The notes under the pieces: generated by a model
The model's database searches: none
What the model saw: the letters and a program-made list of their open reading frames with translations, nothing else
Told to the model about the DNA's origin: nothing
Part shown: positions 8,433 to 17,962 of the stretch, piece by piece
Position numbering within the stretch: the first letter of the stretch is position 1
Layout: each line of letters opens with the position of its first letter
Program-made: the position numbers and the translations under genes
Origin: an uncultured Actinomycetes bacterium
Lineage (GTDB): Bacteria; Actinomycetota; UBA4738; HRBIN12
Assembly: GCA_963832225.1 (NCBI GenBank)
Contig: CAWHTI010000013.1
Coordinates: forward strand, 122,315-186,314
Reading direction: 5' to 3'
Length of the DNA stretch: 64,000 bases

Positions 8433-9314
8433 CTAGGTCGGCGTCGTCGGCGTGGCCCGCCATCCCGACGCCGCGATCGCGCCCGGTTGGGTCGCGGCGA
8501 GCTCCTCCGCGTGCGCCCGGTCCCGGGCCAGCGCCACCACCGTTGGACCGCTGCCGCTCATCACCGCGCCGAGGGCGCCGGCGGCGAGCAGGGCGTCGCG
8601 GACCGCCGCGATCTCCGGATGCCGCGCGCAGACGGGCGCCTCCAGATCGTTCGTCAGCCCCGCGCCGAGGGCCTCCATGTCGCCGCGGGCCGCCGCCCGG
8701 AGCAGGGCCGCGCCCTCGGGTCCGGTGACCGACCCGTCCTCGTCCCACCATCGGAACGCGTCGGGAGATCGGGTCGGGAACTCGAACGGTCGCACGACCC
8801 ACCACGTGGGCGCGACCTCCACGCGCTGCACGTCCTCGCCTCGGCCGCGCATCAGCACCGGCCCGCCGGCCACGAGCGCGGGCACGTCGGATCCCACCCG
8901 CTCGGCGACCTGGATCAGCGCCTCCGGGCCCAGCCCGCAGCCCCACAGCTCGTCGAGGGCCAGCAGGACCGCAGCCGCGTCCGCGCTGCCGCCACCGAGG
9001 CCGGCCGCCACCGGGATGCGCTTCGTGATCCGGATCCGGGCGCCGCGCGTCACGGCCGCCGTCTCCGCCAGCGCCAGCGCGGCCATCAGGCCCAGGTTCA
9101 TGCCGGCGCCCGACCGGGCCGCGGCGGCCAGGCGCGGGTCGCCGTGGACCTCGACGTCGAGCCGGTCCGTCTCCTCGACCTCGACCGTGTCCGCCAGCGA
9201 GAGCGGCAGCACCAGGCTCTCGAGTTCGTGGTAGCCGTCCTCCCGGAGACCCAGCACCCGCAGGAAGACGTTCACCTTCGCGTGCGCCTCGCGGCGGACC
9301 GGCCGGGACGTCAT
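8433..9314 (-). CDS. ispE: 4-diphosphocytidyl-2-C-methyl-D-erythritol kinase
   Basis: AHAKVNVFLRV...DGYHEL, KRIPVAAGLGGGSADAA, GSDVP, MSGSGPT. Confidence 0.95.
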   Translation of the reverse strand: MTSRPVRREAHAKVNVFLRVLGLREDGYHELESLVLPLSLADTVEVEETDRLDVEVHGDPRLAAAARSGAGMNLGLMAALALAETAAVTRGARIRITKRIPVAAGLGGGSADAAAVLLALDELWGCGLGPEALIQVAERVGSDVPALVAGGPVLMRGRGEDVQRVEVAPTWWVVRPFEFPTRSPDAFRWWDEDGSVTGPEGAALLRAAARGDMEALGAGLTNDLEAPVCARHPEIAAVRDALLAAGALGAVMSGSGPTVVALARDRAHAEELAATQPGAIAASGWRATPTTPT

Positions 9315-10164
9315 GCTCGGCGGCTCCCATCTCCGCCGCCACCCGCGCGAGGGCATGCAGATCCAGCTCCTCGGCGCGGGCGCGCGGCGGGACCCCGCTG
9401 CGCGCGAGCACGTCGGCCGCGCGCCCGCGGTCCACGCCGAGCCGCACCAGGGCGTTGCTCAGGGTCTTGCGCCGCTGTGCGAACCCGGCCTCGACGACCG
9501 GCCACAGCCGCTCCGGAGCCACGCGGACCGGCGGCCCGTCGAGTCGGTCCAGCCGGACGACGACGGACTCGACCCCCGGCCGGGGCCAGAAGACGGTCGG
9601 CGGCACGCGCCGGACGATCCGGGCGCGCGCCCGGTACGCCACCTTCACGCTCACCGCTCCGTAGCCCTCCTCGCCCGGCCCGGCCGCGAGCCGCTCGCCG
9701 ACCTCGCGCTGCACCATCACCACGAACGTCCCGATCCCGGGCGCCCGCTCCAATGCCGTCAGCAGCGTCGGCGTGGCGATGTTGTACGGGAGGTTCGCGC
9801 ACATCGTCCACGCCCCGGGACCGAGCTCGCCGGCCCAGTCGAGCTTCATCGCGTCGGCCGCCACGACCCGGACCGCCGGGAGGTCGCCGACCACCTCGAG
9901 CAGCGCCGGCACGAGCGCGCGGTCGAACTCGATCGCGAGCACCTCGGCGCCGGCCGACGCCAGCGCCATCGTGAGCGACCCCAGCCCGGCTCCGACCTCG
10001 ACCACGCGGACGCCCGGCGCCGCGCCGGCCTCGGCGGCGATCGCACGCCCCAGGTTCGGATCGATCAGGAAGTGCTGGCCGAGCGACCTCGACGGGCGGA
10101 TGCCGTGACGTGCCGCCAGGTCGCGGACGGCCCCCGCTCCGGGGACGACCCCGTCCCCGGTCAC
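9311..10164 (-). CDS. rsmA: 16S rRNA adenine dimethyltransferase (stop lost by a probable 1-nt indel near the 3' end)
   Basis: SLGQHFL, VVEVGAGLGSLT, ANLPYNI, MVQREV, F.QRRKTL; TGA at 9311 overlaps the ispE ATG in a shifted frame. Confidence 0.92.
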
Positions 10165-10173
10165 CGGGTCAGC

Positions 10174-11256
10174 TCACCACGTGAGGCGGACCTGCATGAC
10201 GCCCTGGCCGAGCGGGGCCAGCCGAGCGAACGCCTCGTCCGCCAGATCGATGATGCGGCCTCCGAACGGTCCACGGTCGTTGATCACCACGACCACGCTC
10301 TCACCGGTCGCGACGTTCGTCACGGTGACGTCGGTCCCGAACGGCAGCCACGGGTGGGCCGCCGTCATCCCGTCCCACGGTGTGTCGTACCAGGAGGCCT
10401 CGCCGACCTGCGAGCGCGTCGTCCCGGCCGAGACCGCCGCCCCCACCTCGCGCCGCTCGGGGACCGCCTCCCGCACGACGTGACGCCCCAGCACGACCCG
10501 GCGCACGACCTTGCCGTTGAGGACCCGCACGCGATAGGTGGTGCGGAGGATCCCGTCGGCGCCGGCCTGGATCACCCGGACCTCGCCCGGATCCAGGCCG
10601 GTCGAGGTGGTCGTCCCCGAGGTGAAGGGGATGGCCGTGTCGAGGTCCTTCTGGAACACCCGGATCCGGTCGTACCGGACCCGGATGCCGGGGTGAAGGG
10701 GGGTACTGGGTGATGGTCGGACGCGATCGTCAGCGTCGGGTTTGATCCCCATGGCCGAGAGGAGCTCCCCGGCGGTCGCCGCATTTGTGAGCACGTCGTG
10801 AACCTTCCCCATCACGACTGCCCGAGCGGCGACCACCGGGGCGGTCCCGGCGCCGGACGCGGAGGGCGAACCCTCGTCCATCCGTCCCGCGATCTTCGAC
10901 CACGGTCCGTTGGTCCCTTCCATCACCCAGACCCCCACACTCGAGGTCTGTCCTGCGACCGCGCGGAGCTCGGCGAGCGAGTCCACCTTCACGGTCATGC
11001 CGTCGGCGAGTCGGGTCGCCGGCGGCGGTTGCACGGAGAACCCGGCGGCGAGATCGATGCCCTCGCCCTCCAGGAGCTCCGCGACGTCCGCGCTCATGGT
11101 TCGGATCGCCTGCGGACGTCCGTCCACGACGAGCGTCACCTGCTTGCTGATGACCAGATACGACAGGACCGCGACGGACATGACGGCGAGTGCCGTCGTC
11201 GCTCGTATCGCCTGTCGGATCCGCAACCTGCGAAGCCGTGTCGCGCGAACCGCCAA
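10174..11256 (-). CDS. RpfB/YabE-position cell-wall enzyme: DUF348-like repeats + G5 + RlpA-type DPBB domain
   Basis: N-terminal TM; KQVTLVVDG..., G5 ([12 protein letters not shown]...NGKVV), C-terminal GEASWY..MTAAH..LPFGT...INDRGPF..RIIDL; lies between tatD and rsmA. Confidence 0.85.
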   Translation of the reverse strand: MAVRATRLRRLRIRQAIRATTALAVMSVAVLSYLVISKQVTLVVDGRPQAIRTMSADVAELLEGEGIDLAAGFSVQPPPATRLADGMTVKVDSLAELRAVAGQTSSVGVWVMEGTNGPWSKIAGRMDEGSPSASGAGTAPVVAARAVVMGKVHDVLTNAATAGELLSAMGIKPDADDRVRPSPSTPLHPGIRVRYDRIRVFQKDLDTAIPFTSGTTTSTGLDPGEVRVIQAGADGILRTTYRVRVLNGKVVRRVVLGRHVVREAVPERREVGAAVSAGTTRSQVGEASWYDTPWDGMTAAHPWLPFGTDVTVTNVATGESVVVVINDRGPFGGRIIDLADEAFARLAPLGQGVMQVRLTW

Positions 11257-11318
11257 CCTTCCTCCTTGGATCCGAGGAAGGCTTCAGAGGGAAGCGGCTG
11301 AGCCGGGCCGAAGCCTTC
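11256..11318 (-). promoter_or_regulatory. Structured 5' leader with alternative hairpins, one covering the RBS
   Basis: GAAGGCTTC/GAAGCCTTC (11277-11318) and CCTTCCTC/GAGGAAGG (11257-11281) share CCTTC. Confidence 0.5.
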
Positions 11319-11432
11319 ATGCGCACTCGCCGCACGGTACCAAACCCTCAACCTTCACTGCAAACTTGAACCAGAACATCTGTTCGAGGGTGGAATGACG
11401 CGTCCGAGCACGCGATACGCACGTCCGCGGCG

Positions 11433-12227
11433 CTACTGCAGGCCTTCGAAGATCGCGAACGCGTTCGCGGCGGTGGCGTCGCGCACCGCCTCGAAGCCCT
11501 CGCCGCGTTCCTCGGCGATCGCCCGGATCGTGACGACCACGTTCGCCGGCTCGTTGTCGGAGCCGCGGAGCTTCTGCGGTGAGAGGAACGGACTGTCGGT
11601 CTCCACGAGCAGCCGATCGAGCGGGGACGTGCGCGCCGCCTGCCGCAGATGCTGGTTCTTCGGGTACGTCACGTTGCCCGCGAAGCTCAGGTAGTAGCCA
11701 CGTGCCACGCACTCGGCGGCGGTCTGTGCGTCGCCGCTGAAGCAGTGGATCACCACCCGCTCCGCCGAACCCTCCTCCAACACTCGAAGGACGTCCGGCC
11801 ACGCGTCCCGGACGTGGACGACGAGCGGCTTGCCGCTCTCCCGCGCGAGATCGATGTGGAGCCGGAAGACCCGCTCCTGATCCTCCTTCGACGAACGCAT
11901 CCGGAAGTGGTCGAGGCCGGTCTCCCCCACCCCCACGCACCGCGGGTCGTGGAGCATCTCCTCGAGCTCGGCTCCCATCCGGTGGTCGAGGGTCGAGGCG
12001 TCATGGGGATGCAGCCCTGCGGTGGCGAAGACCCCACCGAGGGAATCCGCCAGCTCCAGGCTCCGCCGGCTCGTTGGGGCGTCCACGCCGACGCAGATCA
12101 TCCGCTCCACCCCGGCGGCCTTCGCAGCCTCCACCACTTCTGGAGGTTGGCTGTCGAGGAGGAACAGGTGGCAGTGGGTGTCCACCGCCCCTGACTGCAC
12201 CGCCACTTGAAGGTTCTGGTCGCTCAT
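11433..12227 (-). CDS. tatD: TatD family hydrolase
   Basis: DTHCHL, GLHPH, VGETGLD, VHVRDA, HCFSG, ETDSPFL. Confidence 0.95.
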   Translation of the reverse strand: MSDQNLQVAVQSGAVDTHCHLFLLDSQPPEVVEAAKAAGVERMICVGVDAPTSRRSLELADSLGGVFATAGLHPHDASTLDHRMGAELEEMLHDPRCVGVGETGLDHFRMRSSKEDQERVFRLHIDLARESGKPLVVHVRDAWPDVLRVLEEGSAERVVIHCFSGDAQTAAECVARGYYLSFAGNVTYPKNQHLRQAARTSPLDRLLVETDSPFLSPQKLRGSDNEPANVVVTIRAIAEERGEGFEAVRDATAANAFAIFEGLQ

Positions 12228-12272
12228 CCGACGCCGAGCTTAGCCGGTCTCCACCTGCGGTCGACCAGGGGA

Positions 12273-12286
12273 GCTTCACGTGAAAC
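12273..12286. promoter_or_regulatory. parS-like site
   Basis: GCTTCACGTGAAAC, 13/14 match to GTTTCACGTGAAAC, intergenic between metG and tatD. Confidence 0.6.
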
Positions 12287-12339
12287 GTGATCCCGCGAAG
12301 GCTCCAGCGCTACCTCAGACGGCGGCGGTCGAAACGCGC

Positions 12340-13881
12340 TCAGTTCTCGAGCCGAGGGAAGAGCGACGACCCCTTCGATGTCTGGGTCCCCGGCGCCAGA
12401 CCGCCCCACTCCGCCGCGGCCGGGAGTCGCTGCTCCTCGATCGGTGTGGCGTCCAACCCGAGCTGCGACCAGAGCCGGGCGGAGGCCTCGGGCATCACGG
12501 GCGAGATGAGGACCGCCAGGATCCGGAGCGTCTCCGCAGCCGTGTACAGGACACCCCCGAGCTCGTCCCGACGGTCCGCGTCCTTGGCCAAGGCCCACGG
12601 CTCCGTCGTCACGAGGTACTTGTTGGCCGCGTCGACCAACTCCCAGACGGCGCCCACGGCCGCCGTGAGGGCCACCGCGTCGATGTGCGCGTCCATCCGC
12701 GCGGCGACGTCGGGCACCAGCGCGGGGATCGTTCCCGCGGCCGCCTCCGGACCCGGCTGAGGGACCTGCCCGCCGTAGTAGGAGCCCAGCATCGCGAGGA
12801 CCCGGCTGGCGAGGTTCCCGAGCCCGTTCGCGAGGTCCGCGTTGTGGCGCTCGACCATGGACTCCCAGCTGAAGTTGCCGTCCGCCCCGAACTGGATGTC
12901 GCGCATGAAGCAGTACCGGTACGAGTCCACGCCGAAGTGGTCGAGGAGCTGGAACGGATGGATCCCCGTGGCGTTGGTCTTCGACATCTTCTCGCCGCCG
13001 ACCGTCAGATAGCCGTGGGCCCACACCTGCCGTGGAAGCTCGACCCCCGCGGCCATCAGCATCGCCGGCCAGTAGACGGCGTGGAACCGCAGGATGTCCT
13101 TGCCCATCAGATGGATATCGGCCGGCCAGACCCGGGCGAACCGCTCGGGGTCGGATCCGTAGCCCGCGGCCGTGACGTAGTTGGTGAGCGCGTCGAACCA
13201 GACGTAGCAGACGTGACGCGGATCCCAGGGCAGGCGGATCCCCCAGTCGAAGGAGGTCCGGCTGACGGAGAAGTCGCGAAGGCCGCCACGGATGAGGGAG
13301 AGGACCTCCTTGCGGCGGACCTCCGGCTCGAGCGCCTCGGGGTGCGCCTCGTAGTGCTCCAGGAGCCGGTCGGCGTACGCGGAGAGGCGGAAGAAGTAGT
13401 TCTCCTCCGTGACGTGCTCGACCGGCCGGTGGTGGACCGGGCAGAGACCCTCGATCAGGTCGTCCTCCGTGTAGTAGGCCTCGCACGACACGCAGTAGAG
13501 ACCCTCGTAGGTCCCGAGGTAGATGTCCTCCCGGCCGTTGCCGTGCACGGCGGTGAGGAACTCCGTGACGGCGCGCTCGTGCCGTGGCTCGGTGGTGCGG
13601 ATGTAGTCGTCGTAGTCGATCAAGAGCCGCCGCCAGACCTCCTGCCACTTCGGCGCCATCTCGTCGACCCAGGACTGGACATCCCGGCCCGCGGCCTCGG
13701 CCGCCCGCTGGAGCTTCAGGCCGTGCTCGTCCGTTCCGGTGAGGTGGAAGACCTCCTCGCCGCGGAGCCGGTGATAGCGAGCGATGACGTCGGCGGCCAC
13801 CGACGTGTACGCGTGGCCGATGTGCGGGACATCGTTCGGATAGTAGATCGGCGTCGTGATGTAGAAGACGTCTCGGCCCAT
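12340..13881 (-). CDS. metG: Methionyl-tRNA synthetase
   Basis: YITTPIYY, HIGH, GTDEHG, Zn knuckle CVSC/CPVH, KMSK. Confidence 0.97.
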   Translation of the reverse strand: MGRDVFYITTPIYYPNDVPHIGHAYTSVAADVIARYHRLRGEEVFHLTGTDEHGLKLQRAAEAAGRDVQSWVDEMAPKWQEVWRRLLIDYDDYIRTTEPRHERAVTEFLTAVHGNGREDIYLGTYEGLYCVSCEAYYTEDDLIEGLCPVHHRPVEHVTEENYFFRLSAYADRLLEHYEAHPEALEPEVRRKEVLSLIRGGLRDFSVSRTSFDWGIRLPWDPRHVCYVWFDALTNYVTAAGYGSDPERFARVWPADIHLMGKDILRFHAVYWPAMLMAAGVELPRQVWAHGYLTVGGEKMSKTNATGIHPFQLLDHFGVDSYRYCFMRDIQFGADGNFSWESMVERHNADLANGLGNLASRVLAMLGSYYGGQVPQPGPEAAAGTIPALVPDVAARMDAHIDAVALTAAVGAVWELVDAANKYLVTTEPWALAKDADRRDELGGVLYTAAETLRILAVLISPVMPEASARLWSQLGLDATPIEEQRLPAAAEWGGLAPGTQTSKGSSLFPRLEN

Positions 13882-13957
13882 GGTCGGGCAATCGTACAGG
13901 CGGGGGTCGGGCGTGACGCCGGGGACGGCCGCCCTCGTCTCACTAGTCTGATACAGA

Positions 13958-14812
13958 CTAGCTCGGGGACGAAGACGGCTCCTGCTGCGTCTGTCGTGCC
14001 AGCAACGCGCGGTAGAGCGCGTTGGCGCTGACGCCGTGGCGCTCGGCGACCTCGTGGGCGGCCTCGCGTTTGCGCATCCCCGACGCCACCAGTGCCTCGG
14101 TCTCGGGGATCAGGGTCGTCACGTCGCCGGCGCCGGTTGCCGGGGCCCCGCCGATCACCACGGCCACTTCTCCCTTGAGCTCGAGGTCCGCCAGGCGGGA
14201 GAGGACCTCGGACGCCCGGCCGCGCAGCACTTCCTCGTGCAGCTTGGTGAGCTCGCGGGCCACGGCCACCTGCCGGTCGCCCAGCGCGACGAGGAGATCC
14301 CGCAGCAGGATCTGCACGCGCCCCGGCGCCTCGAAGCACACGATCGTCCGCGGCTCCCTCGCGAGGTCCTCGAGCCGCCGCATCCGCTCGGCGGCCTTCT
14401 TCGGCAGGAAGCCCTCGAAGACGAACCGGTCGGTGGGCAGACCGCTCACCACGAGCGCCGCGATGGCAGCGCTGGGCCCGGGCACCACGCGGACCTCGAT
14501 GCCCTCGGCCGCGGCCGCACGCACCAGACGGAAGCCGGGATCGGACACCGACGGCATGCCGCCGTCGGTGACGAGCGCGACGTCCTCGCCACCGAGCAGC
14601 CGCGACACGATCTGGCGGAGCCGCTGCCGCTCGTTGCCCTCGAAGAAGGAGAGCAACGGCACCTTGATGTCGAAGCCCGCCAGCAACCGACCGGTCCGGC
14701 GGGTGTCCTCCGCCGCCACGAGGTCGACCGCCGCGAGGGTCTCTCGCGCCCGCCGGCTGAGATCGCCGAGGTTGCCGATCGGGGTTCCCACCACGAACAG
14801 GGTGCCGGGCAT
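13958..14812 (-). CDS. rsmI: 16S rRNA C1402 2'-O-methyltransferase
   Basis: VGTPIGNLGD, AEDTR, DGGMPSVSDPG, ARELTKLHEE. Confidence 0.95.
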   Translation of the reverse strand: MPGTLFVVGTPIGNLGDLSRRARETLAAVDLVAAEDTRRTGRLLAGFDIKVPLLSFFEGNERQRLRQIVSRLLGGEDVALVTDGGMPSVSDPGFRLVRAAAAEGIEVRVVPGPSAAIAALVVSGLPTDRFVFEGFLPKKAAERMRRLEDLAREPRTIVCFEAPGRVQILLRDLLVALGDRQVAVARELTKLHEEVLRGRASEVLSRLADLELKGEVAVVIGGAPATGAGDVTTLIPETEALVASGMRKREAAHEVAERHGVSANALYRALLARQTQQEPSSSPS

Positions 14813-14912
14813 CGCACCGATGCTCCCACGGGGGCGTCCGGGCGAACATCGCCCGACGGGTCCCTGCGACGCTCGCCCCGGGCTACGTCCGCTCCCCGCT
14901 ACGCTCCTCGTC

Positions 14913-15335
14913 ATGGCCGAGGGGCACAAGGACTACTCCGGGACGCCGTTGTGGAAGAAGCTCGGGATCCGCGAGGGGTCCCGCGTCTGGGTGGGCGGCG
15001 ACGTGCCGGTGGGCTTCTACCTGGGGGCGTCGGCGCCGCCCATGGAGCAGCTGCAACGCCCCGGGAAGGACATGGACGTGGTGCTGCTCTTTTCGACGTC
15101 GATCTCGGAGATCGAGGGCCGGCTCCCGGCGCTGTCGAAGCGCATGGATCCGGCCGGGCGCCTGTGGATCGCGTGGCCCAAGCGGGCCGCCAAGGTCGAG
15201 ACGGACACGACCTTCGAGAACGTGCAGGGCGTGGGTCTGGGCGCAGGACTGGTCGACAACAAGTCCGCGTCGATCACCGATGTCTACCAGGGGATCCAGT
15301 TCGTGGTGCGTCGCGCGGACCGTCCGAAGCGGTAG
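14913..15335 (+). CDS. DUF3052-like protein
   Basis: DYSGTPLWKKLGI, WIAWPK, GLVDNK. Confidence 0.8.
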   Translation: MAEGHKDYSGTPLWKKLGIREGSRVWVGGDVPVGFYLGASAPPMEQLQRPGKDMDVVLLFSTSISEIEGRLPALSKRMDPAGRLWIAWPKRAAKVETDTTFENVQGVGLGAGLVDNKSASITDVYQGIQFVVRRADRPKR

Positions 15336-15396
15336 CCCCGGTCGCACGCGAGCCGACGGTCCCCCCGGACCGGGTTGCCACCGATACCCTGAGCCG

Positions 15397-16914
15397 GTGC
15401 CCCGACTCGCGCACCTCCTCAACCGTCCCGTCGTGGCGATCCTCGCCGTCGGTCTGCTGGCCGGCGCCCTCCGCTTCTGGCATCTCTCCTCCCCGCCGGA
15501 CCGTATCTTCGACGAGGTCTACTACCCCAAGGCCGGCTGCATCCTGGTCGGCGGCACGAACGCCGAGTGCGACGTCGACAGCTCGGCCGAGCGGTTCTGG
15601 CGTGACGACAAGTGGGACGTCGGCTCGTGGACGCACCCCCCGCTCGGCAAGTGGATGATCGGCCTGGGCGAGCGCGCGTTCGGCTACGAGGCCTTCGGCT
15701 GGCGCGTCTCCTCCGCGACCGTGGGCACGCTCACGGTGATGGGGGTCGCGCTGCTCGCCTATCTGCTGTTCGGCAGCGCGCTGTGGGCGGCGGTCGCCGG
15801 ACTGTTGATGGCGGTCGAGGGACTGAGCTTCGTGTTGTCGCGAACCGGGCTCCTGGACAGCTTCGTCGGCTTCTGGGTCACGGCCGGCCTCCTGTTCCTG
15901 GTGCTGGACCGGCGCTGGATCGACCGGCGGACGCCGCTGCCCGCCGAGCCGGAGGTCGACCCGGCGCCCGACCCCGACGGGGCGCCTCGGCCCGGCCCCG
16001 CGCCCACGTGGCGAGCGCCGTCGCCGCTCTGGCGGCCCTGGCGGTTCGCTGCGGGCGTCGCGTTCGGGGCGGCCATCGCCACCAAGTGGTCGGGCGCCCT
16101 CGCCCTGGTCGCCGCCGGATTGCTGACCCTCATGTGGGAGACGACGCGTCGCCGGCTCGGGGGCGGTGCCCTGCGCGCCGCGCTCGCCGGCACGATCATG
16201 CGGGAGTCGCTCGGGATGGTGCTGGCACTGCTCCTGGTCCCGACGGCGATCTACCTGGCGGTCTACCTGCCGTGGTTCCACCACTTCGGCTGGAGCCTCG
16301 GCGAGTGGCGGCACCTGCAAGCGAGCATGTGGGACTACCACAAGACCCTGAAGTGGTTCCAGACCGACGCGGCCTCGGGAGCGGTGACCCCCAGCCATCC
16401 GTGGCTCTCCCACGCCTGGGGCTGGCTCCCGATGACCCGCCCCGTCCTGTTCTTCGCGCGCTATCCGGGGGACGACGTGCGGTGGATCACGACCATCGGC
16501 AATCCGGCGATCTTCTGGGGGGCGTTCTGGACCCTGCCGTACACGGCGTACGCCTGGTGGCGACGGCGGGACTGGCGGGCCGGGTTCATCGTGGTGGCCT
16601 TCGCCGTGCAGTTCCTGCCGTGGTTCGTGGTGAGCCGGCCGCAGTTCCTCTTCTACATGATGCCGATGGTGCCCCTCCTGGTCCTGGCCGCCGTGACCAC
16701 GGCGCGGGACTTCTCCGACATGCGGATCGAACAGCGCGACCCGGGGACCGGGCTGGTCGAGCGGCGCTCGAAGCTGCACCCCTACCGGCCGTTCGTCTGG
16801 GGCTACCTGGCGGCCGCGGTGGCGTTCTTCGTCTTCTTCTACCCGGTGCTGACGGGAACCCAGCTGTCGCGGACCGCCTGGCAGCTCCGCGTGTGGATGC
16901 CATCGTGGACCTGA
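15397..16914 (+). CDS. Protein O-mannosyltransferase (GT39/PMT)
   Basis: IFDEVYY, HPPLGKW, FGWR, SRTGLLD, ATKWSG, IGNP; usual position divergent from rsmI. Confidence 0.9.
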   Translation: MPRLAHLLNRPVVAILAVGLLAGALRFWHLSSPPDRIFDEVYYPKAGCILVGGTNAECDVDSSAERFWRDDKWDVGSWTHPPLGKWMIGLGERAFGYEAFGWRVSSATVGTLTVMGVALLAYLLFGSALWAAVAGLLMAVEGLSFVLSRTGLLDSFVGFWVTAGLLFLVLDRRWIDRRTPLPAEPEVDPAPDPDGAPRPGPAPTWRAPSPLWRPWRFAAGVAFGAAIATKWSGALALVAAGLLTLMWETTRRRLGGGALRAALAGTIMRESLGMVLALLLVPTAIYLAVYLPWFHHFGWSLGEWRHLQASMWDYHKTLKWFQTDAASGAVTPSHPWLSHAWGWLPMTRPVLFFARYPGDDVRWITTIGNPAIFWGAFWTLPYTAYAWWRRRDWRAGFIVVAFAVQFLPWFVVSRPQFLFYMMPMVPLLVLAAVTTARDFSDMRIEQRDPGTGLVERRSKLHPYRPFVWGYLAAAVAFFVFFYPVLTGTQLSRTAWQLRVWMPSWT

Positions 16915-16953
16915 CGTTTGTGCGCGTCGGCCCTCGGGAACAACGGCGCAACC

Positions 16954-17961
16954 ATGCTGCCGACCACGTCCCGAGGACCGCTCAGTGACTGGGTGATCTC
17001 GTGTCTGCGGGAGGCTCCCGGCCGGACGAGGGCGCCGATGCCCCCGATCCCGGCGGAGGCCGACCCCGTCGTCGACGACGACCTGCACCTGGCCCTGTTC
17101 CTCTGCGACGAGCTGCACTTCGGAGGTATCGAGGGTGTGGATGACGCATGGGGCTGGGATCCTGCCCTGATCGCCGGCCGCGCGGCGCTCGAGGGGCCGT
17201 TCGAGGCGGCGCTTCGGACGCTCGTCGACGCCCAGCCGGCCGTCGGGCCGGGGACGATCGACGTCCGCCTCCGCGAGGTGATCCGGCTGGACGACGGGCC
17301 ATCGGTGGCTCGCTACCTCGAGCAGCACGGCACCCCGGTCCAGGTGCGGGAATTCCTGATGCATCGCTCGATCTACCAGCTGCGAGAGGCCGACCCGCAC
17401 TCGTTCGGCATCCCGCGGATCAGCGGTGCGGCGAAGGCGGCGCTGGTGGAGATCCAGGCCGACGAGTACGGAGGCGGCGACCCGTCGCGGATGCACGCCC
17501 TGCTGTTCGCGCGTTCGATGCGAGCGCTCGGCCTGGACGACACGTTCGGCGCCTACCTCGACCGCCTGCCCGGCGCCACGCTGGCGTGGCGCAACCTGAT
17601 GTCGCTGTTCGGCCTGCATCGCCGGCTGCGCGGTGCTCTCGTCGGCCACCTGGCCGCATTCGAGATGACCTCGTGCATCCCGAACCGTCGCTACGGCGAC
17701 GCCCTGCGGCGCCTGGGGTTCGGATCGGACGCCACCGGCTACTTCGACGAGCACGTCGAGGCAGACGCCGTCCACGAGGCCATCGCCGCGAACGACCTCG
17801 CAGGATCCCTGGTCGCGGCGGAACCCGCACTGGAGGAGGACGTGCTCTTCGGCGCCCGCGCACTGCTCGCAACGGAGGCGTCGCTCGCGCGCAGCCTGCT
17901 CGGCGCCTGGGAGGAGGGGCGGTCGTCGCTGCGGGCGGAGTACGTGTCGACCGCCGCGTGA
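16954..17961 (+). CDS. Iron-containing redox enzyme (heme-oxygenase-like di-iron fold)
   Basis: YQLREADPH, IQADEYGGG...H, HLAAFEMTS, FDEHVEADAVHE. Confidence 0.88.
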   Translation: MLPTTSRGPLSDWVISCLREAPGRTRAPMPPIPAEADPVVDDDLHLALFLCDELHFGGIEGVDDAWGWDPALIAGRAALEGPFEAALRTLVDAQPAVGPGTIDVRLREVIRLDDGPSVARYLEQHGTPVQVREFLMHRSIYQLREADPHSFGIPRISGAAKAALVEIQADEYGGGDPSRMHALLFARSMRALGLDDTFGAYLDRLPGATLAWRNLMSLFGLHRRLRGALVGHLAAFEMTSCIPNRRYGDALRRLGFGSDATGYFDEHVEADAVHEAIAANDLAGSLVAAEPALEEDVLFGARALLATEASLARSLLGAWEEGRSSLRAEYVSTAA

Positions 17962-17962
17962 G

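Noticed and set aside
8428-10164. 578-aa RsmA fully overlapping ispE
   Set aside because: The extension is low-complexity off-frame sequence; a 1-nt shift restores a TGA overlapping the ispE ATG
11257-11400. c-di-AMP (ydaO) riboswitch, as found before some rpf genes
   Set aside because: The leader is short and I could not see the conserved ydaO sequence blocks
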